From: Treponema sp.
Lineage (GTDB): Bacteria > Spirochaetota > Spirochaetia > Treponematales > Treponemataceae
Assembly: GCA_012838745.1 (NCBI GenBank)
Contig: DUOS01000128.1
Span: 124-64,123, forward strand
Reading direction: 5' to 3'
Length of the DNA: 64,000 bases
The translations under genes and the position numbers were made by a program. This document shows, piece by piece, positions 15,123 to 25,773 of this stretch; within the stretch, counting starts at the first letter, position 1, and each line of letters begins with the position of its first letter. Under the pieces are notes generated by a model. It worked only from the letters and a program-made list of their open reading frames with translations. It had not been told where the DNA came from and searched no databases.

Positions 15123-17741
15123 ATGTTTGAATTTCTAAAACGTTTATTCCGTAAAAAAACAGTAGCTCTGATTGATCCAGAAGAAATTGTCGAAGAATTC
15201 TGGCTTACCGATTTTACCAAGCTAAATAATGCGCGTTTCAAAGAAGAATCTGCGGATTCTCATAAAACTTCCTTCACCGATAACGGCTATGTATTACAAC
15301 TGAACCGTAGAAGTGTTTTTGCTTGGGCAGTTAATTCGCAGTACCGGTACAGAGACTTTGTACTAGAAGCCCTTATTGAGTTTCCTAAAGAGCAAGCTGA
15401 TGTAAAGAATGAGATTGCAGAAAATGGAACTGCTAACGGCTCAACAGCCCCCAAAATAAATGCAGGGAAAGTTTCTTCCGGCATTCTATTCCGTTATATC
15501 TCTGAATCTACTTTCTATAGTGTCCAGATTTCCGATCGCGGGCTTATACGCTTTGATGCGGTTATGAATGGCACTCCTCTTCCTATTCTTGGCTGGACTG
15601 AAACAACACAATCTGGTTCAGAAGAGTCTGGCTCAAATGATTTGGCTTCGGTTCCTTATTCAGGTAATACATCCGTATTTTCTCTGCGTATTATTGCGCG
15701 AAATACAAGTTTTACTCTAATTGTAAATGACAATTGGGTAGCAGAATGTTCCGATGAAACAATTCAAGCCGCTGGCAATATTGCTTTTTCCGGCCAAACC
15801 TGGGAACATTGCCGCAAAACCGCAATTACCCTCCGCGCTATTTCTATAGATTCCACACCTCTAGAAGTTGAAACTCTTTATACTCGCTGGAACCAGTATT
15901 TACCCATCCCGACAGAAGCATACCGTCGGCTTGCCGAAACCTGGTATGCAATGGGGCGTCATGTTCCAGCTTTTCTAGAATTGCGGAAAGCGTGGAAGCA
16001 TCAAGAGCCAACTTTTGAGGATCTCCTTCTTGCTGGACGATTACATCTTGCACAGCGTTTATATCCCGAAGCTGAAAATTACTTTACTAAGGCTCTGGCT
16101 TTAGTTCCTGATTCTCTTCAGGCCCACGCTGAAATTGCTAGCTTATATTATCTACAAAACCGCTGGAGCGATTTGAACCAGTATTTTTTAGATCTTCCTC
16201 GCGAGCAAATAGATAACTCTGCCTTTCTTTCTAATCTTAACGGTCATTTACTTTCTTGGAAGGGCGAACATACTGCTGCAGCACAGTCCTACCACCAAGC
16301 GGGTTGTACAAATCCTGATCAAGGAATTTTCTTTTTCAACGAAGGAAAGGAATGGCACCTTGCAAAAGATAATACACAGGCGGCTATTTCACTTAAACAA
16401 GCTGCTCGTCTTTTTTTACAGAATGACGAATACGATGATCTTGAGCATTGTCTTTCTCTTTTACGAGATACCTGCCCTGATGACCCAGACTTACCTGCTT
16501 TAACCGGTAAGTTTCTGTATGGAATCGGTTCTATAGAAGAAGCCACAGAACAACTTGCCCTTGCGGTAACAAATGGAACTAATGATTCTGCCGTTTGGTA
16601 CCTTCAAGGAATGATTCTTGAAACACAAGGGGAAGGTGAAAAAGCCCGCGAAGCTTTAGAAAAGGCTGTGTCCCTTGAACCTGATTATGGGTTATACCGC
16701 TATAGGCTCGCAGAAATCCTTTTTAATGCCGGAGAAACTTGCACCCAAGAAGTTCAAACGGCTTTGGAAAAAGATCCCGAAAATGGGTGGGTCCATAATT
16801 TAGTGGCCCTGAATGCACTACGCGCCGGGAATTTCGAAGAAGCGCGAACCTCAATTACTATCGCGCGAAAACTTCTTCCCCATGAATTACAAATTTTAAT
16901 TAACTTTGCTGAAGTTGAACGTAATCTCGGAAATCTAGATGCAATACTCCCTCTTTTTTCTGGAGAAGATCCCGAAGCACTCCATGCAGCAGCAAATCTT
17001 TTGGTGGAAGAAGGCCGCCCTGACGAGGCAGATTCTTGGTATAGAACTGCCTTACATCGGCGCCCCTTTGATCCTAACTTGCTTACCGACTGCGCTGCAA
17101 ATTGTTTGGAAAGAGATCTTATAAATGAAGCTGACGATCTGCTCTCTCGGGCCTTCGACATAACTACGAGCGAAAGAATGTATCAACTTATTGCAGTTCT
17201 TGCTGGTAAAAAAGGTGAGTTTGCCCGGGCGGAAGTTGCTCTTTTGCAGGGTCTGAAAGAATTTCCAGATAATCCAGTTTTATTATATGAGCTCAGTGGC
17301 GTATATTTAGTCTCTAGAAAATTAGAAAAGGCAGCAGAAATCGTAGCCCACCTTGAAAAAATAGGAGAGATGGAAAGAGCTACGTCCGTACGAGAAGAAT
17401 TACTCGAAACAGGAACAAATCGTATTACCTGCATTTCTTGTGGAAGGATCTGGCGAGTTCCAAAAGACATTCCGGCGCAAGGATCTTTACGACTTCAAGC
17501 TGAACCACCCGATGATCTTCCCGCAGGAACCTGCCCCTCATGCCGCGAAACTATTTGTATTGGCTGCGCAAAAGAACAACTCGGGGAAGACGGAAGATTT
17601 AGCTGTAAGAGATGCGCCATACCGCTCAAGCTTATTGATCAGAATGTAATTTGGTTACTAAATAAATGGCATCAAGAAGTGCTACAACCTTCCGTAAGTA
17701 AAGAATCCGAAAGTAAATCTACTGGCCACACACCTCTGTGA
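15123..17741 (+). CDS. 872-aa multidomain protein: N-terminal beta-sandwich (LamG/DUF1080-like guess), TPR repeats, C-terminal 4xCxxC zinc ribbon
   Basis: GILFRYISESTFYSVQISDRGLIRFD...FSLRIIARNTSFTLIVNDNWV. There are many TPR-like A/L/Y repeats. The C-terminus carries CISCG...CPSCRETICIGC...CKRC. Confidence 0.6.
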   Translation: MFEFLKRLFRKKTVALIDPEEIVEEFWLTDFTKLNNARFKEESADSHKTSFTDNGYVLQLNRRSVFAWAVNSQYRYRDFVLEALIEFPKEQADVKNEIAENGTANGSTAPKINAGKVSSGILFRYISESTFYSVQISDRGLIRFDAVMNGTPLPILGWTETTQSGSEESGSNDLASVPYSGNTSVFSLRIIARNTSFTLIVNDNWVAECSDETIQAAGNIAFSGQTWEHCRKTAITLRAISIDSTPLEVETLYTRWNQYLPIPTEAYRRLAETWYAMGRHVPAFLELRKAWKHQEPTFEDLLLAGRLHLAQRLYPEAENYFTKALALVPDSLQAHAEIASLYYLQNRWSDLNQYFLDLPREQIDNSAFLSNLNGHLLSWKGEHTAAAQSYHQAGCTNPDQGIFFFNEGKEWHLAKDNTQAAISLKQAARLFLQNDEYDDLEHCLSLLRDTCPDDPDLPALTGKFLYGIGSIEEATEQLALAVTNGTNDSAVWYLQGMILETQGEGEKAREALEKAVSLEPDYGLYRYRLAEILFNAGETCTQEVQTALEKDPENGWVHNLVALNALRAGNFEEARTSITIARKLLPHELQILINFAEVERNLGNLDAILPLFSGEDPEALHAAANLLVEEGRPDEADSWYRTALHRRPFDPNLLTDCAANCLERDLINEADDLLSRAFDITTSERMYQLIAVLAGKKGEFARAEVALLQGLKEFPDNPVLLYELSGVYLVSRKLEKAAEIVAHLEKIGEMERATSVREELLETGTNRITCISCGRIWRVPKDIPAQGSLRLQAEPPDDLPAGTCPSCRETICIGCAKEQLGEDGRFSCKRCAIPLKLIDQNVIWLLNKWHQEVLQPSVSKESESKSTGHTPL

Positions 17742-18469
17742 GCAAAAAGATTTGTATCTTTTTTACCCAGCAATTCTGAAAGCTTCCGTAAATAGGCTGA
17801 GCGAGAAATATTTACACCACCAAAACGCGCAACATGATCGGTATACACCTGAGAATCTATCATCTTGCCACCCAGTCTGTTAAAAAAATTATGCGCAAAT
17901 ACCACGAAAGCCGCTTTCCCGGCATCGGTAACGCGGGTGAACATTGACTCTCCAAAAAAAACATTTCCGAGATATACCCCATACAAACCACCAACAAGAT
18001 GCCCATCCATCCAGGTTTCCACCGAGTGGGCAATGCCGAGCTGATGTAGCCTCAGGTAGGCATCTAACATATCATCAGTAATCCAGGACCCATCTTGACC
18101 TTTTCGGGTTATCGCAGAACACCATGTAAGAACCCGTTCAAATGAAGTATCTGTCTTAAATTGGAACTTTCGCTGGCGAATAGTTCTCTTCAAACGGGAA
18201 GGCACATGAAAAGAATCTCCAGTAATTACAAAGCGGGGATCCGGTGACTGCCAATAGAGAGGATCATCATCGTTAAACCAAGGAAATATACCCTGACTAT
18301 ATGCTGAAACGAGCATACCAGGAGAAAGGTTTCCCCCAATAGCCACAACGGTTCCTCTCGTTTCATCAGCATCGGGGAACTGAAACCTATCTTCTAAATC
18401 AAGCCAGGGGAAACAGGGATCACTGCGTGTTTCTGCGTCAAAAACGCGGGGGACTTTTCCAGACATCAA
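17672..18469 (-). CDS. aat: Leucyl/phenylalanyl-tRNA--protein transferase
   Basis: GIFPWF...PLYWQSPDPR...LHQLGIAHSVETWMDGHLVGGLYGVYLGNVFFGESMF. ATGA overlap with clpA. Confidence 0.85.
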   Translation of the reverse strand: MMSGKVPRVFDAETRSDPCFPWLDLEDRFQFPDADETRGTVVAIGGNLSPGMLVSAYSQGIFPWFNDDDPLYWQSPDPRFVITGDSFHVPSRLKRTIRQRKFQFKTDTSFERVLTWCSAITRKGQDGSWITDDMLDAYLRLHQLGIAHSVETWMDGHLVGGLYGVYLGNVFFGESMFTRVTDAGKAAFVVFAHNFFNRLGGKMIDSQVYTDHVARFGGVNISRSAYLRKLSELLGKKDTNLFAHRGVWPVDLLSDSLLTEGCSTS

Positions 18470-21030
18470 TACACATCCGCCGTTTCTGCTACTCCTTCTG
18501 TTTCTAGAGGAAGGACTGTAATACGAATTTCTCCGAGAACTGATGAATCATGTTCACAGCGGGCTATACCCCCATCGGATAGATCTCCAAAAAGAACCAT
18601 GTCCACCAGAGGATTAGTTATCCGCTCTTCAACAACTCGGGCCGCGTTTCTGGCGCCAAACTCAAGGGAATACCCCTGGTCTGCAAGAGCAGTTACAGCA
18701 GCAGGAAGTACTTCCAGAGAAACATGATTCTTGCGAAGGCGCTTGGCAACAAGACGCAATTCTTTGCGTACAATCGTTTCCATTACATCCCGAGACAGAG
18801 GTCCGAAACGAACAACAGCATCAAGCCTGTTTCTAAATTCAGGAGTAAAGGTACGTTCAACCGCTTCCAAAACTGCACCTGAGGCATGTTCTTCTCCGCC
18901 AAAACCAATCATAGGACGGTTCATTTCACGCGCGCCAGCATTGCTCGTCATAATCAAAATTACATTTCTAAAATCTGCCTGACGCCCCTGGTTATCGGTC
19001 AAAGTTGCATAATCCATAATTTGCAGCAAAACATTAAAGATATCTTGATGAGCTTTTTCAATTTCATCGAGGAGTAGAACGGCGTGAGGATTTTTTCTCA
19101 CTACATCGGTTAAGAGCCCACCTTCTTCAAACCCTACATATCCGGGAGGCGATCCAATAAGTCGGCTTACTGCATGTTTTTCTTGGTATTCACTCATATC
19201 AAACCGGTGGAGGGAAATGCCAAGTTCCTGTGCGAGTGTACGAGCAAGTTCAGTTTTGCCAACGCCGGTAGGACCAACGAAGAGAAAGTTTGCGACCGGC
19301 TTCCCCTGTGCGCGAAACCCTGCACGAGATCTCTTAACCGCAGTAACAACCGCTTTAACCGCATCATCTTGGCTATAAATAGTTTCCAAAATTTTGTTTT
19401 CCAAGTTTCGCAGGCGGTCTGTTTCGCGAGAGGAAACAGTTCTCTCGGGAATGCGTGCCATTTTCGCGATCACAGCCTCAACAATGCTACGATCCACCAC
19501 AGGAAGCTCATCAACGGTGACCACAGGTGGCTCAGTGATTTTTGTCGTGTCGGCAGCTTGCGGCGTGTCGGCAGCTGGTTGCCCCGCGATTTCTGCTGAA
19601 ACAATACGAGGAACGAGGGTACCAGCATTTATTCTAACTCTGGCACCAGCTTCGTCAATTACGTCAATTGCCTTATCCGGCAAGCGCCGTTCATTGATGT
19701 ACTGCGCAGAAAGCCGCACTGCCTGTTCTATCGCTTCATCGGTATATACAACTCCGTGAAATTCCTCATAACGTTTTTTTAGGCCAGCGAGAATTGCAAT
19801 TGTATCTTCTTCTGACGGCTCCACAATATCAATCTTTTGAAAACGCCGCGATAATGCATGGTCTTTTTCAAAGTGCTTGCCGTATTCTTCGTAGGTGGTA
19901 GATCCAATACATCTAATTTTACCTGTAGACAATACGGGTTTCATGAGATTAGAGGCATCAAGGGTTCCGCCTCCGGTAGAGCCTGCGCCAATAATTGTAT
20001 GTATTTCGTCAATAAATAAAATACATTTTTCTTTTTTCAAAAGTTCATCCAGAACCTTTTTAATACGATCTTCGAAATCACCGCGGAACTTTGTTCCCGC
20101 TACCAGGGCGCCCATATCGAGGCTATACACCTCATAATCCCATAAGAGTTGGGGGACACTTTTTTCTACAATACGCTGAGCAAGGCCTTCGGTAATAGCG
20201 GTCTTCCCGACTCCTGCATCGCCCACATGAATAGGATTGTTCTTCATTCTACGGCAAAGCACTTGCACTGTACGTTCAAGTTCTTCATTTCGCCCGATCA
20301 ACGGTTCTAGTTTACCGTCTCGAGCAAGGGCGGTAAGTTCTACAGTAAACCGTTCTAAAAAACTACGTTTTACATTTTTTTGACGAGGAGTTTCAGAGTC
20401 ATCCGTGATGTCTGGATCAAATTCTTCAGATTGATTTTGCTGTTCTTCTTGCTTTTTTCGTTCTTTATCTAGTTGTCTCGACAAGGCTTCCATTCCAGAC
20501 ATAAATGAAACGCCTGCAGAAAGGTTAGGATCTTCAGTTAATCCTTGATCAAAGAGATTCACAGATTTTTCAGTATCATGAAAAGAATCTTCTTCCTCGG
20601 CACTCATTCCTCCGTGGCTAATAACCTCGAGCAACAACAGGCGATCAAGCCCACCCCTGCGCATAAAATAAGAACAGTAGTTCTTGTGTTCATCAATCAG
20701 ACTAACAAGCACATCGCCAATTTCGAGGGCAGGTTTTTCCGCACTTTCACAGTGAAAAATTGCTCGTTGAAAAACATTTTGGAAACCTAGGGTCTGGGTC
20801 GGTTCTTTCCCCGTTAGTATTGGCATATTTTTTTGTAAGTATTGATCAACACTATCGTGAATATAGGCGATATCAGCTCCACAGACAGACAGGAGTCGCA
20901 ACGCCGGTGGATGATCGAGAACCGCGAGCAAAACATGCTCAGGGGTCACGTATTCATGACCGCGAGTTCGGGCGTCTGTCCATGCCTGATCAAGAACCTT
21001 CTGAACCACATTGCTTATTCTTATTTTCAT
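18466..21030 (-). CDS. clpA: ATP-dependent Clp protease ATP-binding subunit ClpA
   Basis: Clp N-domain and two AAA+ modules (GDAGVGKT, GPTGVGKTE). There is no ClpB-type coiled-coil middle domain. The start is set at ATG 21030 (ATGA overlap with clpS). Confidence 0.9.
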   Translation of the reverse strand: MKIRISNVVQKVLDQAWTDARTRGHEYVTPEHVLLAVLDHPPALRLLSVCGADIAYIHDSVDQYLQKNMPILTGKEPTQTLGFQNVFQRAIFHCESAEKPALEIGDVLVSLIDEHKNYCSYFMRRGGLDRLLLLEVISHGGMSAEEEDSFHDTEKSVNLFDQGLTEDPNLSAGVSFMSGMEALSRQLDKERKKQEEQQNQSEEFDPDITDDSETPRQKNVKRSFLERFTVELTALARDGKLEPLIGRNEELERTVQVLCRRMKNNPIHVGDAGVGKTAITEGLAQRIVEKSVPQLLWDYEVYSLDMGALVAGTKFRGDFEDRIKKVLDELLKKEKCILFIDEIHTIIGAGSTGGGTLDASNLMKPVLSTGKIRCIGSTTYEEYGKHFEKDHALSRRFQKIDIVEPSEEDTIAILAGLKKRYEEFHGVVYTDEAIEQAVRLSAQYINERRLPDKAIDVIDEAGARVRINAGTLVPRIVSAEIAGQPAADTPQAADTTKITEPPVVTVDELPVVDRSIVEAVIAKMARIPERTVSSRETDRLRNLENKILETIYSQDDAVKAVVTAVKRSRAGFRAQGKPVANFLFVGPTGVGKTELARTLAQELGISLHRFDMSEYQEKHAVSRLIGSPPGYVGFEEGGLLTDVVRKNPHAVLLLDEIEKAHQDIFNVLLQIMDYATLTDNQGRQADFRNVILIMTSNAGAREMNRPMIGFGGEEHASGAVLEAVERTFTPEFRNRLDAVVRFGPLSRDVMETIVRKELRLVAKRLRKNHVSLEVLPAAVTALADQGYSLEFGARNAARVVEERITNPLVDMVLFGDLSDGGIARCEHDSSVLGEIRITVLPLETEGVAETADVY

Positions 21031-21332
21031 ACTTGCTCCATTACGCATCGTAGCGGGAAACCGCTCTTTCGAGCGGCTTCATGCACTTGCAAACAACGGG
21101 TTGCGGCAATGTCATGAGTATACGCCCCAACGACACCACGCCCCTTGCGATGAACATCTTCCATGATAATAACAGCGTCTTGCTGTTGTTTTTGAAATAT
21201 AGCGATTAATACCGCAACAACAAAATCCTTTGTAGTAAAGTCATCATTGAGTAACATGACCTGAAAAAACTCAGGCTCCTTAAGGTCTTCGTATACGTCT
21301 GTTTTACCAGCTATTTTAGTTTGGTCTGCCAT
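21027..21332 (-). CDS. clpS: Clp protease adaptor ClpS
   Basis: 101 aa; FQVMLLNDDFTTKDFVVAVL...VHRKGRGVVG is typical of ClpS. Confidence 0.9.
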   Translation of the reverse strand: MADQTKIAGKTDVYEDLKEPEFFQVMLLNDDFTTKDFVVAVLIAIFQKQQQDAVIIMEDVHRKGRGVVGAYTHDIAATRCLQVHEAARKSGFPLRCVMEQV

Positions 21333-21416
21333 ATACTATAAAATACTGCAAAACCGCCTAGGAAACAACCTTTAACAGGCTTGAAATTCAATGGCTTGCC
21401 ATGGCATTATATTATT

Positions 21417-22193
21417 ATGACATCAGTTATATCTTGGAACGTAAATGGCATTCGTGCATCTGAAAAAAAAGGCTTTCTTGACTGGCTTTCAACTGAATCT
21501 CCCGATGTTCTGTGCTTGCAAGAAACAAAGGCCCATGTGGGTCAACTCGGAGAACAGCTAATCACCCCAGAGCTCCCCGGCGGCTCGTGGAATTCTTGGT
21601 GGAGCTCCGCCAAAAAAGCGGGCTACTCAGGAACAGCTATTTACAGTAAACGCGAACCAGATGATGTTCGTATCTTTGGATATCCAGAATTTGACAATGA
21701 AGGACGAGTTATTATGGCCGAATTTAATTCGGTTGTTATCTTGTCAGCCTATTTTCCTAATTCCCAAGCAGCGGGAGCCCGCATAGATTACAAACTTGCA
21801 TTTTGCGATGCCATGCTGGAAACTTGCAACAAACTTGTTGCCGAAGGAAAAAACATTATCCTGTGCGGTGATTATAATATCGCACACAAACCCATAGATT
21901 TAGCAAACCCTCGCACTAACGAAGGGAACCCTGGCTATCTACCCGAAGAAAGAGCTTGGATGGATACCTTTATCGACGCCGGCTATGTAGATACCTTTCG
22001 TCATTTTTGCGCAGAACCAGATCATTACACATGGTGGACCTACCGATTTAAGGCTCGTGAAAATAACATTGGTTGGCGTATTGATTACAACTGTGTTAAT
22101 CCTAGCTTTTTGCCACGAGTAAAAAGCTCTGTAATTTTAAAAGACGTGTACGGTTCAGACCATTGCCCTATAAAACTGACGTATGAAGATTAA
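21417..22193 (+). CDS. xth: Exodeoxyribonuclease III
   Basis: SWNVNGIRA, LCLQETK, GDYNIAH and SDHCP motifs. The start is moved to ATG 21417. Confidence 0.9.
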   Translation: MTSVISWNVNGIRASEKKGFLDWLSTESPDVLCLQETKAHVGQLGEQLITPELPGGSWNSWWSSAKKAGYSGTAIYSKREPDDVRIFGYPEFDNEGRVIMAEFNSVVILSAYFPNSQAAGARIDYKLAFCDAMLETCNKLVAEGKNIILCGDYNIAHKPIDLANPRTNEGNPGYLPEERAWMDTFIDAGYVDTFRHFCAEPDHYTWWTYRFKARENNIGWRIDYNCVNPSFLPRVKSSVILKDVYGSDHCPIKLTYED

Positions 22194-22800
22194 ATACAAC
22201 GCGCCTACCACACTGACTTTCTCTTTTTTTTGTGCTCTTGTTGTACTCATTGATCAACATATCTTTTATGGATTAGTCCGGGCTTTTTTTACTGTGCCCA
22301 ACGCTACATCATTCAACTTAATCAATCCATTGGACTATCTCAGGCTTTTTACCCATATCGCAGGTCATGCCGACTGGAGCCACCTCATATCGAATCTGGC
22401 CTACATTTTGTTGCTCGGCCCGATGCTTGAGGAAACCTATGGATCTCTTACCATGTTCCTCATGATTCTTGTAACTGGTTTTGTTACCGGGGTGCTCAAC
22501 GTATGTTTTTTTCCCCACCCGCTTCTCGGTGCCTCTGGTGTGGTATTCATGATGATACTCTTGGGATCTTTTACCAACCATGGAAAAAGCGATGTACCAC
22601 TCACTTTTATTTTAATTGTGATCTTGTATCTTGGTCAGGAAATCCAACAGGCATTTAAGGGCGATGATATTTCCCAGTTTGCCCATCTCGTGGGTGGCTT
22701 ATGCGGAAGTCTCTTTGGGTTTTTCAAGCCAGAACGTAAGATGCCTATCGTACAAACTAAAGCAAATCTTAAAACAGTCAAAAAAACACAACTGAAGTGA
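22183..22800 (+). CDS. Rhomboid-family intramembrane serine protease
   Basis: Six predicted TM segments, the GASGVVF serine motif and a conserved AHLVGG histidine. Confidence 0.75.
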   Translation: MKIKYNAPTTLTFSFFCALVVLIDQHIFYGLVRAFFTVPNATSFNLINPLDYLRLFTHIAGHADWSHLISNLAYILLLGPMLEETYGSLTMFLMILVTGFVTGVLNVCFFPHPLLGASGVVFMMILLGSFTNHGKSDVPLTFILIVILYLGQEIQQAFKGDDISQFAHLVGGLCGSLFGFFKPERKMPIVQTKANLKTVKKTQLK

Positions 22801-22858
22801 CTGTTATATTGAATCAATACGTGTAAATCGTTATTATAAATGCCACAGGATACCAATC

Positions 22859-23929
22859 ATGCATGAAAAACTAGAGCGTCTCCAAGCGCGTTTTACGGAA
22901 CTGGATACAGAAATACAGGACCCCGACATCACAAAAGATCACGCACAATATCGAAAAGTGATGCGAGAACATGCGCACTTGAGTGCACTCATGGAAGAAT
23001 ATACTCGCTACCGCGAAACAGAAAAATCAATTGCCGATACCCAAACCCTCATCCATGAAACTAATGACCCAGAAATGAAGGCTATGGCAAAAGAAGAACT
23101 TAGTGAACTAGAGTCACAATACGAACAAAGTGAAAAACAAATTAAAGTTTTACTGATACCTCCCGATCCTCTCGAAGAAAAAAACATTATTATGGAAATC
23201 CGAGGCGGTACGGGCGGGGAAGAAGCCGCTCTTTTCGCAGCAGACTTATACAAAATGTATACTCGCTATGCTGAGAAAAAGAAATGGAAGTTTGAAATAA
23301 TTTCTACACATGAAACAGGTTTAGGTGGATATAAGGAAATCACCCTTTCTATTGCCGGTAAATATGTATATGGCAGTCTCCGCTACGAATCAGGTGTTCA
23401 TCGAGTACAACGCGTTCCCGAAACTGAGGGTTCTGGTCGTATCCATACGAGTGCGGTTACCGTCGCAGTTCTCCCCGAGGCAGAAGAAACTGAAATTGAT
23501 ATCAAAAGCGAAGACCTTCGTGTAGATGTAATGCGCGCTGGAGGTCCCGGCGGGCAATCTGTAAACACGACAGACTCGGCAGTTCGCCTAACCCATATCC
23601 CTTCAGGCTTAGTAGTAATTTGTCAGGATGAAAAAAGTCAGATAAAAAACAAAGCAAAAGCTATGCGCGTACTACGCTCACGGTTGTTTGATTACGAAGA
23701 AGAAAAGAAAAACTCCGAACGGGCGGCAAATAGAAAGAGTCAAGTTGGATCTGGAGACCGTTCAGAACGAATCCGCACATATAACTTTCCACAAAACAGA
23801 ATTACGGATCACCGCATAAACCTAACACTTTATAAGCTTGACCTTATTATGCAGGGAGACCTCGAAGAACTGGTTGAACCATTATACATCGCCGCGCGTG
23901 AGGAACAACTCAGCGCGCAGGATGAATAA
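22859..23929 (+). CDS. prfA: Peptide chain release factor 1
   Basis: GGQ motif ([18 protein letters not shown]) and PxT recognition tripeptide (RVQRVPETE). Confidence 0.95.
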   Translation: MHEKLERLQARFTELDTEIQDPDITKDHAQYRKVMREHAHLSALMEEYTRYRETEKSIADTQTLIHETNDPEMKAMAKEELSELESQYEQSEKQIKVLLIPPDPLEEKNIIMEIRGGTGGEEAALFAADLYKMYTRYAEKKKWKFEIISTHETGLGGYKEITLSIAGKYVYGSLRYESGVHRVQRVPETEGSGRIHTSAVTVAVLPEAEETEIDIKSEDLRVDVMRAGGPGGQSVNTTDSAVRLTHIPSGLVVICQDEKSQIKNKAKAMRVLRSRLFDYEEEKKNSERAANRKSQVGSGDRSERIRTYNFPQNRITDHRINLTLYKLDLIMQGDLEELVEPLYIAAREEQLSAQDE

Positions 23930-23942
23930 GGACTACGCTACA

Positions 23943-25649
23943 CTATTTGCGTTTTAGAGAAAGCTGCACATTATCCAAATACATTTTTCCAGAAAAATCA
24001 CTTTCATCATTTACAATAATAATAGTCACATCTCGAATTTCATCATCGGGACCTAGTTTTTTATCGTCGCGCAAGTCTTTTAAGTCAAAAACAGCTCGAA
24101 CATGATATAAGCCATCTGATCCTATTTTAGCAGCTTTCTTACCAGTAAACGTTACTTCTACATTTTTTGCAGCTTGAGCCCAATATCCTAATGATGGAGG
24201 AGCTAAAGCTAAAACAATAGATAGTTTGCCTTTAGTTACTCGCTTTGGTTCAAGATACAAATCAAATGTAAGATACCTAGACTTTTCACGATATATTATT
24301 GCATTTTGACATATCAAACGAGGCGCATCACCCCAAGCATCCTGTAACTTTGACTCTGAATATTCTGTGTACCAACTGAGGGCGGAGGAACCACGTATTT
24401 TTTCAATTGATAAGCGTGACTGAACTCCAGAACTTGCAAACCAATCCCAACCTTGGCGCGTACTATCTTCAAAATCAGAAGGTATTTCTGGATAGCCTTC
24501 TTCATCATGTTCAACTGGTTCTGGCTCAGCTCGTATAATTGGGCGATACGCTATTCCTTTAATACGCGCACGAGCGTATTCCCCACTAAGGCTTAGCGAT
24601 TCGAGAGGCCATACGGCGGCTGTTCCAGGATCAAGGGAAGTTGGTTCTGAAATACCATTTTGATAGGGAAGAAACACTCCTGAGACTTCATTTTTATTTG
24701 TAAGGGACCAGTTACACCAACTTATCTTGTTACGGTTCATAAAACTAATCCAGGCATTTGCCTCATCGAAGAAAGGGCCACCATCTCCACTTGCACTACT
24801 CGTACCCCACTCGCTACAAAAAAGAGGAAGGCCTGCGTCGAAGGCAGTTTGAATCTTAGACCATACGTATTCATTTTCCTTGTGGGTACCTGAGTAGAAA
24901 TGGAAGGCATACAGAGTATTGGTATCTAAAATAGGATTTTCAATACATAAATCTGGCCGCTGGCACCAGTTAGGATTTCCAACAATTATACAGTTTTCGT
25001 TTCCGCCTTTTCTGAGCATAGCAATAATCGGTTCGGCATATTCTTTTACCATAGCCCAGCCATCTTCATCGTTACTCACACCTGGAGCATTATCATTTGG
25101 TTCATTGCATAACTCATAGATAATCGACGGATTATTCGGAAACTCCGCAGCAATACCTTTAAAAAAATCCATAGCGCCTGCATATTCAGGGGCCGAAGGA
25201 TTTCCTGGCGTTAAAACATGCCAATCCACGATAACATACATATCGTGCTTTATAGCTAGTTTAATACCTTCTACAACTCGATCACGTATCTCAGGGTTCA
25301 CCGAGTACCCTCGTTCCGTTACATACATAGCAAGGCGGATAACGTTTGAACCCCAATCCTGCGAAAGCGTTCGAAAAGCGTTATCATTAAGAATCTGAGG
25401 ATACCATTGAAGGCCATGGGTACTCATACCCCTAAGCTGAACAGGCTGCCCGTGTGAATCACAAAGCTGCCTACGGCCGTCACTACTTTTAACGCTTAAC
25501 GCTCCCCCATCAGAAGGACGAACGGTAGAAAGGTTTTCAAAAAAAGCAGGCTCTCCCGTCTCCCCGAACAACGGTGAACATAAACCCAAACCAACAATAA
25601 ATATACATAAAGTAAAAAATGCTGCAGGTATCCGTACAATTCGCTTCAT
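23943..25649 (-). CDS. Secreted GH5 endoglucanase (cellulase) with a C-terminal CBM-like beta-sandwich
   Basis: Signal peptide. GH5 motifs IYELCNEPN (acid/base) and FCSEWGTS (nucleophile). The C-terminal ~180 aa end in ...MYLDNVQL (carbohydrate-binding-module-like; inference). Confidence 0.85.
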   Translation of the reverse strand: MKRIVRIPAAFFTLCIFIVGLGLCSPLFGETGEPAFFENLSTVRPSDGGALSVKSSDGRRQLCDSHGQPVQLRGMSTHGLQWYPQILNDNAFRTLSQDWGSNVIRLAMYVTERGYSVNPEIRDRVVEGIKLAIKHDMYVIVDWHVLTPGNPSAPEYAGAMDFFKGIAAEFPNNPSIIYELCNEPNDNAPGVSNDEDGWAMVKEYAEPIIAMLRKGGNENCIIVGNPNWCQRPDLCIENPILDTNTLYAFHFYSGTHKENEYVWSKIQTAFDAGLPLFCSEWGTSSASGDGGPFFDEANAWISFMNRNKISWCNWSLTNKNEVSGVFLPYQNGISEPTSLDPGTAAVWPLESLSLSGEYARARIKGIAYRPIIRAEPEPVEHDEEGYPEIPSDFEDSTRQGWDWFASSGVQSRLSIEKIRGSSALSWYTEYSESKLQDAWGDAPRLICQNAIIYREKSRYLTFDLYLEPKRVTKGKLSIVLALAPPSLGYWAQAAKNVEVTFTGKKAAKIGSDGLYHVRAVFDLKDLRDDKKLGPDDEIRDVTIIIVNDESDFSGKMYLDNVQLSLKRK

Positions 25650-25773
25650 TACATTCTCCTATTTGTTTCCTCAATCACTTTATAGAAGATCAGTGTATCA
25701 CGGTGTGTTTTAATCTGCCACAAAAAAATAGCAACTATGGTACATTTCTTGGAAAACCTGATATTGTTCAAGT

